Part shown: in pieces, positions 48,820 through 59,207 of the stretch
Layout: every line of letters begins with the position of its first letter
How positions within the stretch are numbered: position 1 is the stretch's first letter
Assembly: GCA_946965045.2 (NCBI GenBank)
Contig: OX337231.1
Coordinates: 1,240,001-1,304,000, forward strand
Length of the DNA: 64,000 nucleotides
Direction of reading: 5' to 3'
Origin: Epithemia pelagica
Lineage: Eukaryota; Protista; Bacillariophyta
The notes under the pieces: model-generated
Told to the model about the DNA's origin: nothing
Database searches by the model: none
The model's input: only the letters and a program-made list of their open reading frames with translations
Translations under genes and position numbers: made by a program

Positions 48820-49279
48820 TACAGAGCAGAGAACAGCATTTTCGCCCCTCAAACATAGCTTTCTTTGCTAATCCCTTTCAAGAAAGAGGTAGGAGTAGGA
48901 GTAACAATGTCCGTAGGACACAACGAGCTACTATCCAAGATCTCTCCCGACCTCCATGTCGTTTTTCGTTCTAATAGTAGTAGCTACTCGGGTGTCATAA
49001 GGAACCGTCCACTGTTGTTGCTGTTGTGCTTGTGCAGTCAATTCCTGACCTTCATCGTTGTATCGTTCCAATCACAACCACTTCAAACTTCCAATAGATG
49101 GGATGTCCCAACATTCGGAAGGCATTCCATGTGAGTCTTGAACCTGCATACGACCTTCAAGAGAAAAGACACATATCAACAAGATACAGCTCCAATCACG
49201 TGGAGGGGCTGCAAGATGTAGCCCGAGACTATTTACAAATCACCATTATGGTTCCATCCATTTTAGAGAAAATCCTTGG

Positions 49280-50536
49280 TTATCGCACCTTCACCATTGT
49301 CTTTGATGCGTGGCTCCGATACATGGCTTCCAATGTTTGAACGGTTCGCAAGCCCACCACTACATTCGCACAATTCATGGGTGGATCAGTAGGTTGTGTT
49401 GTCTTTGGTGTCGCGGATGACGATACGGGCGTTGACGTTTCTTGCGCACTCCACTTGCAGTATTGAACAAAGTCCTGAACGGATTCGGCTCCATTTCCCT
49501 CTGGCGATGAATTAACAAAGGCAAAGTTTGGATCCACTAGTTCGGTCGATCCATCTTCTCGTCTCAATTCCAGTCGTCCCGATGATGGATTCTCATCCTC
49601 TCCCTCATACAAGATGGCCCCTTTGGTTCCATAAATTTGAATGCGAATGTGAATGCCCACTTGAGGTCCCGAGTATTGACTTCCTGGCAAATACGCTGTC
49701 CCCGACACATTCATGACAATATCATTGTCACACAAGACGGTTGCCGAATGAGAAATGTCGGCCCCCGTTGTGGGTTCGTGATTCATGGCACAAAAGACTT
49801 GCTGCGGTTTCAAGGGATCACTACACATTTCTCCCGATCCACAGACAAAGTAGACCCATCCGAGCAAATGACAGGATTGTCCCCAGCCAAAGCCATTGCC
49901 GAGCATGGAACCAGTGGGTTTGTTCCAGGCGGCATTGTCTGGATTGGAAAATACCCACATGACGGGTGATGCCATGGAGCAAGATATGTGTCGAATGGGA
50001 CCGATGCGTTTTACCGCCTCACGAGCCAACTTGGCTTGGCGACGAAAATTGGCCGAATGGTTGATCCAGACCGCCCAATGATGATGATGATGATGATCCA
50101 ACGAGGGGGATAGTTCCTTGGGCAATACTAAATCACACAAGGCGTAGGCGTCGTCAATATCGGTCGTCATTGGTTTTTCCATCAAAATATGAATGGGGTG
50201 TCCTGGACCATTTCCTTGATTGTGTTTGTGTGTTGTGTTGTATTCGTGTAGGAGCTTGGCGATTCGGTAATGTGTGGAATGGGGCGTTGCCACAACGACA
50301 CCGTCCAAGGTGGAACCGATCGAATCCAGCATTTCTTGTACCGAATAAAAGACGTTGGTATTGTACCGCTCTCGAAGGACCTGCAGGGAAACCAAGTCCT
50401 GGTCCATGTCGGATTGAGGATGTTCACTTTGATCCACCACAGCGACAAGGTCCGCATCTGGATTACGAAAAATACAGGGAATGTGCCATCCTTGTCCCCA
50501 CCATCCGGCACCAATTACGGCAATCTTGGCTGGCAT
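49280..50536 (-). CDS. Gfo/Idh/MocA-family NAD(P)-dependent oxidoreductase
   Basis: IAVIGAGWWG, VATPHSTH, ILMEKPM and HLLG motifs. Confidence 0.9.
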   Translation of the reverse strand: MPAKIAVIGAGWWGQGWHIPCIFRNPDADLVAVVDQSEHPQSDMDQDLVSLQVLRERYNTNVFYSVQEMLDSIGSTLDGVVVATPHSTHYRIAKLLHEYNTTHKHNQGNGPGHPIHILMEKPMTTDIDDAYALCDLVLPKELSPSLDHHHHHHWAVWINHSANFRRQAKLAREAVKRIGPIRHISCSMASPVMWVFSNPDNAAWNKPTGSMLGNGFGWGQSCHLLGWVYFVCGSGEMCSDPLKPQQVFCAMNHEPTTGADISHSATVLCDNDIVMNVSGTAYLPGSQYSGPQVGIHIRIQIYGTKGAILYEGEDENPSSGRLELRREDGSTELVDPNFAFVNSSPEGNGAESVQDFVQYCKWSAQETSTPVSSSATPKTTQPTDPPMNCANVVVGLRTVQTLEAMYRSHASKTMVKVR

Positions 50537-51239
50537 ACTGCTTTTGTCAAGGTACTCGCACAGTTGTCAGGATATTGTGGCTGCAATCCTCTCGTTGCTC
50601 CTTCGCGTGGTTTGATCTTTGGATCTTTCTCTAAGCTTTGGGTCGCGGATTAGTTTCATGCACTGGAGTAAGACACACGCACGTAGTATTTGTCGGGCGT
50701 GCGCGCGAAATTGGTTCAAAGACGCACGCTTGTATTCGACAGCTGCTATGCTTGTGGAATCCGGAAGTTGCTACCATCATCATTCATCATCCTTTCAAAT
50801 TGCAAATTGTAGTTTGAAAGACACGTCTTCGATGGACTCGCTCTCTCCTCTCTCGCTCATGTCTGGAAGACGAATGGAGTTTCTCCCACCATGTGTGTGG
50901 AGCGTGGAAGAACCATGGCGAACCCACTCTTTCATTGCGTCGAAGAAACAGATCGTGTTGTTTGCGGGGTATCTATCCCGTGAGAAAAATGGGACGTTGG
51001 CATTTGGCATGGTATGGTAAAACTCAACACTGAAACCTACTATTACCTAGGAGCGAACAAAGCATTCCAACGGACCGAACCGTGTATACTCCTAGAATTA
51101 ATTCTTGCATCTCTTCTAGGAATAAAATGTGCGTCTATACAATGCTTAGCTTTGTTACCTGGAGCCGGGAATGGCGAGGGTTGCGTTTATTGCAGTATGG
51201 TCATCCTTTATGTTCATTACAAGGAAAATGGAGGCAGAT

Positions 51240-52142
51240 TCATGCGCCTTCTTCTTCCTCTTCCGTAGAACGAAAGGGACAATAGCCTTGAACGTAATGA
51301 TTCAGTCGTTCTTGAAAGGAAGGTACATCTTTGCGCAAAAGCTTGGATTCTTCCACCAGCCCCGCTTTGGGATAGTAAATGTGCGCAAAGGGCAGACTGG
51401 GAACCCGTAGACCTTGATGAATAACGGCTGTACTTTCCGTCAAGGGGACATCCACAAAGACAACATTGGGATTGGTCCAGGCCAACTTGTAAAAGGCGGG
51501 TGTTACCGCGCGACAAGCACGGCAATACGAGGCATGAAATCGTACCGCCACAATGCGTTCGGATTCTTCCCCTACCACACGCTTGTATTCCGACAGCGAT
51601 TCAATGGCAACCATATTGGGCGGATGCGCTGTTGTGACCGATGCGGTATGTTCTTTTTCCGGGGAAAGCACGCGAGAACTTGAAGTCGCACTAGACCGTT
51701 GTTGCTGTTGTTGCCTTGATAGTTTGCGAGATGCTTCGTTGCGGAAGAGAGCTTCACGCATACGTTCTTCAAAGGATGGTCTTCGTCTCCGCGAAGAAGA
51801 TGACGGTGAAGGGGCATACGAGGCTCCAGCGACGGCCCATTGTGAAGATGATGATTTTCTAGGATGTGGTTGTTGCTGTTTATGAGGTTCAGAAGATGGC
51901 GATACTCCCGAAGAAGGGCGATGTCTAGGATCATAGGGTTTCCGAACGGATAATCGGAATGGAGGTCTCGAATCTCGAACAATCGGTGACGTTATCGAGA
52001 AAGATTCGCAGACAGGAGCATTTTGAATTGTCAACATGATGTAAAGGGCTGTTATCCGGAATGCGTGTTTGAAGCACCATCGGCTCGAAACTGATGCCGA
52101 TGAAAGCACATTCTCTGTATTCGATGAAGATCTCTGTATCAT
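51240..52142 (-). CDS. Atypical thioredoxin-fold protein, probably plastid-targeted
   Basis: VRFHASYCRACRA (CxxC) and VPSLP; signal-like stretch ending CES-F resembles the diatom ASAFAP cleavage motif; start placed at MIQRS (52142). Confidence 0.78.
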   Translation of the reverse strand: MIQRSSSNTENVLSSASVSSRWCFKHAFRITALYIMLTIQNAPVCESFSITSPIVRDSRPPFRLSVRKPYDPRHRPSSGVSPSSEPHKQQQPHPRKSSSSQWAVAGASYAPSPSSSSRRRRPSFEERMREALFRNEASRKLSRQQQQQRSSATSSSRVLSPEKEHTASVTTAHPPNMVAIESLSEYKRVVGEESERIVAVRFHASYCRACRAVTPAFYKLAWTNPNVVFVDVPLTESTAVIHQGLRVPSLPFAHIYYPKAGLVEESKLLRKDVPSFQERLNHYVQGYCPFRSTEEEEEGA

Positions 52143-52431
52143 TGTGGATGGATTTTCTTTGAAGCTGTCTCTGAAGTGTGGTGGATATGAGGATTCACCG
52201 ATTCTCGCAAAATGGCAAGAGTTTTTTGAATGAGAAGGATGACAAGGTTTGTTTTTGTGGTGGTTGATGGTTGTATGGATATTCGGACGGTGGAGCAGCC
52301 GTGGGGCGTTTGATGAGTTTGTTTCTTGTGTGTGTGCAGTCGATCTAACAAGTGCAACATCGGCGACGGCCGAAAGTGCGCGGTTTAACGTCATCCGAAC
52401 CGTAAAACGAAAGCAGAAATTGACACGCGAA

Positions 52432-52605
52432 TGAATAAATCCCGCCAACAGGTCGCATATTGGCGGATACATGGTCGCATATTGGCGAATATGCATCGCC
52501 TACATATGCTGCTACGCATCTAGTTTTCTAGTCATAATTTTGGTCTAGCCACTTGTTGCACGCCGTATACACCGTGTTGTAGCGTGTAGTGGCAGGATTT
52601 ATACA
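52432..52605 (+). repeat. 5' LTR (174 bp) with internal 15-bp repeat GGTCGCATATTGGCG x2
   Basis: Identical to 59362-59535; internal repeats at 52451-52465 and 52473-52487. Confidence 0.97.
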
Positions 52606-52628
52606 GTTTATCAGACCCAACTCACAGA

Positions 52629-52917
52629 GCCGCAGTGGTTTAGCTGGTAAATGTTTGCTGTTGGCTCGTGGTGCCAGGGGTTCGATTCCCCTTAGACTCA
52701 GCTTTAAGTTAAGACTCCCAATTTCTGGGGGCCGCCATATTTGGGGTGTATGGTACAAGACGTTTCCCCGCTGGTTAAAAGTGCATGTTCTTCTCAAGGG
52801 TGGCCGATCAGACCCAACATGCTCTTCGAGCATGTGTCATGCATCAAATGACAAGGGTCTCACCGCCTTGTACATACGCTATATGCCAATGCACGGGGGA
52901 ACTAATATGTTTTTTTT
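52629..52917 (+). ncRNA. Putative Pol III unit: tRNA-derived head (52629-52700), structured body and T8 terminator
   Basis: A box TGGTTTAGCTGG (52636-52647), B box GGTTCGATTCC (52679-52689), perfect T-arm AGGGG-TTCGATT-CCCCT at tRNA spacing; no run of 4 or more T until 52910-52917. Acceptor and anticodon stems pair poorly, so it is not a functional tRNA. Confidence 0.55.
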
Positions 52918-53399
52918 GTCTAACTCACCAACTATGCTAGCTAAGCTATGCATCATGTGAAACTCCTTGGAGTCTTGCTCTCTGCCTTTTGCCCGTACTG
53001 GCAGCGGCTGATCACCGCTTGGGAGTGTTCGCGCTAAGCTACTCGTCACGGTATGCTTGCGGCACTACTTATAGTTCACACTCGCGATGTGTGACCCATG
53101 GCACTCTCCCACGTGACGGGGAGCACTCGCTTAAGTGAGCGATTGTTTTGGTAATCTTTTCTCCATACATGAAAATATAGATACCTCCTTTTGCACTGTG
53201 CCGACGCACACGTCCTAAGTATTTGTTCTCTGCCGACTGCAGCGCAAACGCAAGTCGACACTACTTGTGCACCTTAATTCCAGGTAGAATCGCGAAATCT
53301 GCGATCTGCATCACCTTTTGGCAATGCCCCCACACTTCTGTGTTTTTTGCCTGTGTTTTGCTCTGAACCTCTCCTGCTTCTGGCTCTCTTGCTTTCCTT

Positions 53400-54950
53400 T
53401 TGCCTTCCACCATGTCTTCATCCACTGCCCCTGAAAATCCCAAGGAAGATTTCAAGGCTGCCGTTAAACGCTGTGGATACAATGATGCCACCGTGACCTA
53501 CATCATTGAGCAGGGTTTTGATGATGCTCAATCGTTCATGACTGTTGCGGTCCATCAAGTGCCGTCGATGTTGAAGATGATGGCGAAGACCCCTCCGGAG
53601 AACGGGGCCTTTCCCTTCAGTGCTAACCTGCAGCTCCACGGCTTCCGAATGTGGCTCGAATACCGTTCGTCTCGTGGTCAGGCTCTTAAAGTCTCACTTT
53701 TCTCTGATCCGCCCCTGATCAAGAAATGGACCAAACGTACCCAGGAACTGTTTGCACTCAACAAGGAAGTTGCCTCCGATGAACTGACCCCACCGAAAGA
53801 GTTGACTTCGTTTACTCAGTGGGAGGTGTTTAACGATGCCTTGCTCACGTTCCTCGCACAGCATCGCAATCCCACAACGGGTGTCCCTTTGACATACGTC
53901 CTTCGTGAAACTAAGCCTGTTGGTTCTGAAGCAAGTAATGCTGCCTACGATACCATCGATGACGATTTGATTGCTACTACTATCCTGCAAGGTGATCAGT
54001 ATGCCCTTGACAATCAACGCGTCTTCACACTGATGAAACCTTTTCTTGTTGGCGGACCTGGCCTGACGTTCATCAAGCCACACCAAAAGAAGAAGGACGG
54101 CCGTGAGGCGTATCTTGCGTTGACTCGCCAAGCTACTGGAACAGCAGCTGTCACCATCCGCAAGAAAGAAGCATACGCTGCTATTGCCGACGCAAAGTTT
54201 ACAGGCCGCGGTCGTTTCTCGTATCAACAATATGTTCACCGCCATCAGAAAGCTCATAATACGTTGGCTGAACTTGATGAACCCGTTGCCGAAACCAAAA
54301 AGGTAACCGATTTCCTCAAAGGTATATCGGATCCCTCTTTGGCGGCGGGAAAGACGGTCGTCAACGGTGACGCAGCAAAGCTTTCTGATTTTGAAGCATG
54401 CCAGCAGTATTTTGGCACGTTGATTGCTGCATCCCGTACCGACAAGACCAATGACGAGAATCGAAAGATTGCTGGTGTGGGTACGACTAAGACTAGTGGA
54501 AAGAAGAATGGTCGTAACAAGCAGAATAAAAAGAAGACGCGTCATTACAGTTTGGATGAATGGCGCAAGCTCTCTGATGAAGAGAAGGCCGAAATCCTCC
54601 GTGCCCGTAAAGAACAGAAAGACGCTAATGGAAAGCGCAAGGCCGGAGCCGTGCGCACTGAAGATGAAAATGGCTCTCGCAAGTTGAGTAAAACTGAAAC
54701 TCCAAAGTCTGATGACATGAAATTGGAGACCACTGACCTGGATGGCGACGACGCGCCAAACCATTCCGAGCCTGATCCTCCTGTGGCTGATGAACCGACT
54801 ATTCCCAAAACCTCAGCCGGAAACAGTTTCGGACGCTTTGCCCATAGTCAAAAAGGATCTACAAAGCCGCACAACCCTGATGAAACCAAGGAGCCTACAA
54901 CTGCCGTTGCGAAAGCTGCCCTTGCTGATAAGGCCACAAAGCAGACCTGA
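53400..54950 (+). CDS. gag: Copia Gag
   Basis: 516-aa ORF upstream of pol with TGVPLTYVLRE, YALDNQRVF and KVTDFLKGISDP motifs recalled from diatom Copia Gags. Confidence 0.85.
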   Translation: MPSTMSSSTAPENPKEDFKAAVKRCGYNDATVTYIIEQGFDDAQSFMTVAVHQVPSMLKMMAKTPPENGAFPFSANLQLHGFRMWLEYRSSRGQALKVSLFSDPPLIKKWTKRTQELFALNKEVASDELTPPKELTSFTQWEVFNDALLTFLAQHRNPTTGVPLTYVLRETKPVGSEASNAAYDTIDDDLIATTILQGDQYALDNQRVFTLMKPFLVGGPGLTFIKPHQKKKDGREAYLALTRQATGTAAVTIRKKEAYAAIADAKFTGRGRFSYQQYVHRHQKAHNTLAELDEPVAETKKVTDFLKGISDPSLAAGKTVVNGDAAKLSDFEACQQYFGTLIAASRTDKTNDENRKIAGVGTTKTSGKKNGRNKQNKKKTRHYSLDEWRKLSDEEKAEILRARKEQKDANGKRKAGAVRTEDENGSRKLSKTETPKSDDMKLETTDLDGDDAPNHSEPDPPVADEPTIPKTSAGNSFGRFAHSQKGSTKPHNPDETKEPTTAVAKAALADKATKQT

Positions 54951-57900
54951 GGCTGTGTGCCCAGTGATGAAATTGATAAAACGAATCTTATCCGTCCACA
55001 TTTCTCACTTGTAGGCACCCCTACCTTCAGCATAGCCTTTGCACACCGTTTATGTGCTGCCGTATCACAGTCCCATACCACTGATCCGATTGATCTGACA
55101 TGTGAAATGGACTCGCATGCTGACACTTGTTGTGTTGGTCGCAACTTTGTGAAATTCAGGGAACCTGACCGTTACATCACTGTTTCCCCATTCTCAGAGG
55201 AATATAAACCCCTCGAGCGTATCCCCGTCACCACGACCGCCACTGTCTGGACTGATGCCCACAACAATAGTTATCTATTGCTGTTTCACGAGTCGTTATT
55301 CTTCGGGGACCGATTGTCCCAATCATTGATTTGTCCCAATCAACTGCGTTCAAACGGCCTCATTGTCCATGATGTGCCGCGTCAGTTTGACCCTTACAGC
55401 ACACACAGCATTCGTATTCCCGATGCTGACCTGACCATTCCTCTAGAAATGTCCGGTGTTATCTCTGGCTTCGCGACCACGAAGCCAACCCCGGAGGAGC
55501 TCGAGTCGCTCCCACAGATAGTCATGACTGCTGATTCGGTGTGGCACCCTCATTCGTCCACCTTTGCTGCCGCGGAGGAGAAAGCCAATGCATCCAATGC
55601 ATCTGCTGTCCGCCAAGTTGATCCGAATTCGATTGCCGCATCCTGTGTCCCGCGATTGGTTGCTGCCGTCCGATCATACGACGACACCTATGGCTATTGC
55701 ATGGAACTTGAGAATGACGAGGATGAACTATGCAACCGCTTAGTTGCTGCCGTTCGAGTGTCCCATCCACCAAGTGCCGAGGACACTGTGGACATTGAGG
55801 ACCTTGATCCCGACCAATACTTTCTCAAAGCCGTTAAGTCTGCTTCGTCACGACCAACGAAAGCCGTAAAAGTCTTGCCATCTTCTTCTAAGACTGTACT
55901 TGATCCCCAGACCTTGTCTTCTCGATGGAATGTCGGCCTAACTAAGGCCAAGAAGACTTTACAAGTGACAACCCAGGCTGGGGTCCGAAATGTCCTTGTC
56001 CCATCTGAACGCAAGGTTCGAAAGAAAGCTCCATGGCTCAAATTCCCGAATGTCAAGGGACGATGGTTTTGCGACGAGATGTTCTCCAAGTGCCCATCGC
56101 TTGATTTTCACACGGGTGCTTCCGTATTTACTGATGGAAAGGGCTATGATTTTGTCTATCCCTGGAAATCCAAGAAGCAACACCCTGAAGGTCTGATGTC
56201 CCTTATCCAGAATGTTGGAATTCCTCAGACGTTAATTTCTGATGGTGCGCAGGAGCTATTTCATGGACGTTCTCGTGACATCTGTAATGAGTACCGTATC
56301 AAACAAGAAGTGACCGTCCCATACAGTCAATGGCAGAATGCCGCCGAAGCGAGCATCCGTGAGTTGAAGAAAGGTGTTATTAGGAAGTTACGTCAAACTG
56401 GTGCACCACGACGCACATGGTCCTATGCGCTGAAGTGGGTTGCCTCTGTCCGCCAGTTAACTGCCTCTGATATCCCTGAACTTAATGGACGAACGCCATT
56501 TGAACACGTTCTTGGATCGACACCCGACATCTCTCCCATGGCTTTGTTTGATTTCTATCAACCTGTATACTATTATACGCCATCGCATGACTTCCCTCAT
56601 GAGCGTAAATGTATTGGGCGCTGGCTTGGTCTTGCCGATGACTGTATTGATGACATGGCTTTCAACGTCTTGACAGAGAAAGGTCGAGTTATTGTCCGAA
56701 AAGATGTGTGGGCAATCCCTGACGACGATATGAAAAATCCCACAATCCGTCAACAACTGGAAGTCTATGATGGTCTTATCAAGACTCTCCTCGTGGATAC
56801 ATCGCCGTCTTCCGATGAAGATGCCGCCAACGTTTCCCCTGATCCACCCGATGATTTCTTTGGAGAAGACGAAAGCGAATCTCTCTTTCCTGCTGCTCTT
56901 GATTCCGATACACCTCTCCCTGATGCTGACGATTACACTCCGGAGGAGTTAGACGAATATCTCACAGCCGAAGTCATGCTGCCGCATGGCGGGGACCAGG
57001 CCAGAGCCAAGATCATAGGCCGCTCCAAAGATGAACATGGCCGACCAATTGGCAAACGTGATCCAAATCCAATCTTAGACACACGTTTCTATGACGTGCT
57101 GTATCCCGATGGATCGACCGAATCTCTTGCTGCCAATCTCATTGCCGAGAACCTTTACTCTCAAGTCGACACTGAGGGCAACTCCTATGCCATTGTAAAG
57201 GATATCATTGGACATCGCAAAACCAAGGACGCTGTCCTCCGAACGGATCCGGACTGGTTGAATGGCCGTAAACGCCATACAACCGTTGGTTGGGAACATG
57301 AGTGTGAACTCTCCGATGGTTCTACTGTTTGGATCCCTCTCAAAGATCTCAAAAACGATTCGCCTGTACAACTAGCCGAATATGCTGTTGCGGCGGGGCT
57401 TGCCAAAGAACCGGCCTATGCCTGGTGGGTTCCACATACGTTACGCAAACGTGGTGTGATTCTTGCAAAAGTAAAATCTCGCTATTGGAAACGTACCCAC
57501 AAATATGGTATTGAACTGCCCAAAACCGTTCAAGAAGCTCTTGAGATTGATCGTCGAACGGGGACTGATTTCTGGCGGAAAGCCATCGAAAAGGAGATGA
57601 AAAATGTTCGCATTGCCTTTGAATTCCGTGATGATGACAAAGTACCAATTGGATACAAACATATCCCATGTCATATGGTCTTTGATATCAAGTCTGATCT
57701 TCGCCGTAAAGCCCGACTGGTTGCCGGTGGGCATAAGACTGATCCACCGAAGGAATCCACGTACTCCAGTGTTGTATCCCGTGATAGCGTACGAATTGCA
57801 TTCACTATCGCTGCCCTTAATGGCCTGGACGTGTTGGCCGGGGACGTACAAAATGCATACCTCAATGCACCAACAAAAGAGCGAACTTATATTACGGCGG

Positions 57901-59207
57901 GACTAGAATTTGGTCCCGAAAACGTTGGCCGACCTGCACTGATTGTTCGTGCTCTGTATGGTTTGAAGAGTTCTGCTGCTCGTTGGCGTGATCACATTGC
58001 CGCAACACTTCGTGAAATGAAGTTCAACAGTTGCTTGGCTGACCCTGATGTCTGGCTTCGACCTCAAGTCCGACCATCTGATGGGTTCCAATACTATGAG
58101 TATGTACTTGTCTACATAGACGACATACTCTGTGTCAGTCATGATCCGCGATCGATCATGAATGATCTGGAAAAACGGTATACAATCAAACCCGAGAGTA
58201 TTAAAGACCCAGACGAATACTTGGGATCTGAGATTCGACACTATACCATACCAGATACTGACGATCCTGAGAACAAACCCCGATGGGCCATGTCCTCCGA
58301 CAAATATGTTAAACGTGCCATATCTGAAATTGAGACCGAACTGTCTAAAGTTGGCCAAAAGCTACAGACACGAGTCTCAACTCCGCTTGCCACTGGGTAT
58401 CGTCCTGAGATCGACTCATCTCCTGAACTGGACCCCCGACGTGCAAATTACTATCAGGGACTAATTGGTATCCTTCGTTGGGTTGTGGAACTTGGTCGTA
58501 TCGATATCATTGTTGCCGTATCACAACTGTCCCGATATCTAGCCATGCCACGTGAAGGACACCTCGAACAAGCCTTGCACATTTTTGCATACCTAAAAGC
58601 GCATGGACGTTCCACCCTAGTGTTCGACGACACAACTCCGACCTTCGACGAGGATCGTTTCTTCCAGGCAGACTGGTCTGAATACTACCCTGATGCTAGT
58701 GACCCTTTGCCGCCCAATATGCCACCACCTCGTGGACGGGCTGTTACCACAACTTGTTTTGTTGATGCCGATCACGCTGGTTGTCTTGCTACGCGTCGCT
58801 CACAAACTGGTATTCTTATGTTCTTACAACGAGCACCTATCTTGTGGTATTCCAAACGACAGAGTACTGTTGAGACATCAACATTTGGCTCCGAATTTGT
58901 CGCAATGAAGACTGCCATCGAACAGATAGAGGGTTTCCGTTACAAGTTGAGAATGATGGGCATTCCACTTGATGGCGAAACCAATGTGTTCTGTGATAAT
59001 GAATCTGTGTTCAAGAGTGCAACCATGCCTGAAGTCACTCTGAAGAAGAAACACAATGCGATTGCTTACCATCGCACACGTGAGGCACAAGCCGCCAACA
59101 TCGTGCGTATCGCCTGGGAAGAAGGTGAAACCAATCTTGCGGACCTGCTGACAAAATCGTTACCAGGACCCCGATTGCGTTTTCTAGCACAACGTGTTTT
59201 GTGGTGA
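54951..59207 (+). CDS. pol: Copia Pol (protease-integrase-RT-RNase H), in frame with gag behind a single TGA
   Basis: PR EMDSHADT; IN WFCDEMF, ISDGAQE and QNAAE; RT DVQNAYL and YIDDIL; RH FVDADHAG, SEFVAM, CDNESV and ADLLTK. Confidence 0.95.
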   Translation, partial: GCVPSDEIDKTNLIRPHFSLVGTPTFSIAFAHRLCAAVSQSHTTDPIDLTCEMDSHADTCCVGRNFVKFREPDRYITVSPFSEEYKPLERIPVTTTATVWTDAHNNSYLLLFHESLFFGDRLSQSLICPNQLRSNGLIVHDVPRQFDPYSTHSIRIPDADLTIPLEMSGVISGFATTKPTPEELESLPQIVMTADSVWHPHSSTFAAAEEKANASNASAVRQVDPNSIAASCVPRLVAAVRSYDDTYGYCMELENDEDELCNRLVAAVRVSHPPSAEDTVDIEDLDPDQYFLKAVKSASSRPTKAVKVLPSSSKTVLDPQTLSSRWNVGLTKAKKTLQVTTQAGVRNVLVPSERKVRKKAPWLKFPNVKGRWFCDEMFSKCPSLDFHTGASVFTDGKGYDFVYPWKSKKQHPEGLMSLIQNVGIPQTLISDGAQELFHGRSRDICNEYRIKQEVTVPYSQWQNAAEASIRELKKGVIRKLRQTGAPRRTWSYALKWVASVRQLTASDIPELNGRTPFEHVLGSTPDISPMALFDFYQPVYYYTPSHDFPHERKCIGRWLGLADDCIDDMAFNVLTEKGRVIVRKDVWAIPDDDMKNPTIRQQLEVYDGLIKTLLVDTSPSSDEDAANVSPDPPDDFFGEDESESLFPAALDSDTPLPDADDYTPEELDEYLTAEVMLPHGGDQARAKIIGRSKDEHGRPIGKRDPNPILDTRFYDVLYPDGSTESLAANLIAENLYSQVDTEGNSYAIVKDIIGHRKTKDAVLRTDPDWLNGRKRHTTVGWEHECELSDGSTVWIPLKDLKNDSPVQLAEYAVAAGLAKEPAYAWWVPHTLRKRGVILAKVKSRYWKRTHKYGIELPKTVQEALEIDRRTGTDFWRKAIEKEMKNVRIAFEFRDDDKVPIGYKHIPCHMVFDIKSDLRRKARLVAGGHKTDPPKESTYSSVVSRDSVRIAFTIAALNGLDVLAGDVQNAYLNAPTKERTYITAGLEFGPENVGRPALIVRALYGLKSSAARWRDHIAATLREMKFNSCLADPDVWLRPQVRPSDGFQYYEYVLVYIDDILCVSHDPRSIMNDLEKRYTIKPESIKDPDEYLGSEIRHYTIPDTDDPENKPRWAMSSDKYVKRAISEIETELSKVGQKLQTRVSTPLATGYRPEIDSSPELDPRRANYYQGLIGILRWVVELGRIDIIVAVSQLSRYLAMPREGHLEQALHIFAYLKAHGRSTLVFDDTTPTFDEDRFFQADWSEYYPDASDPLPPNMPPPRGRAVTTTCFVDADHAGCLATRRSQTGILMFLQRAPILWYSKRQSTVETSTFGSEFVAMKTAIEQIEGFRYKLRMMGIPLDGETNVFCDNESVFKSATMPEVTLKKKHNAIAYHRTREAQAANIVRIAWEEGETNLADLLTKSLPGPRLRFLAQRVLW

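Noticed and set aside
52143-52496. N-terminal extension of the thioredoxin ORF (51240-52496)
   Set aside because: Its start lies inside the Copia LTR, so it is a chance read-through from the insertion.
52629-52700. Functional tRNA gene, or a UGA-suppressor tRNA serving the gag-pol stop
   Set aside because: Acceptor (GCCGCAG/TAGACTC) and anticodon stems do not pair, and the loop centre reads TGG or TTG, not TCA.
52700-52917. SRP (7SL), telomerase or spliceosomal RNA identity for the leader RNA
   Set aside because: No SRP helix-8 motif, no CCCTAA template and no snRNA motifs recognised; a covariance-model search is still needed.
53694-54764. 356-aa antisense ORF over gag
   Set aside because: No recognisable motifs; typical antisense shadow of a coding strand.
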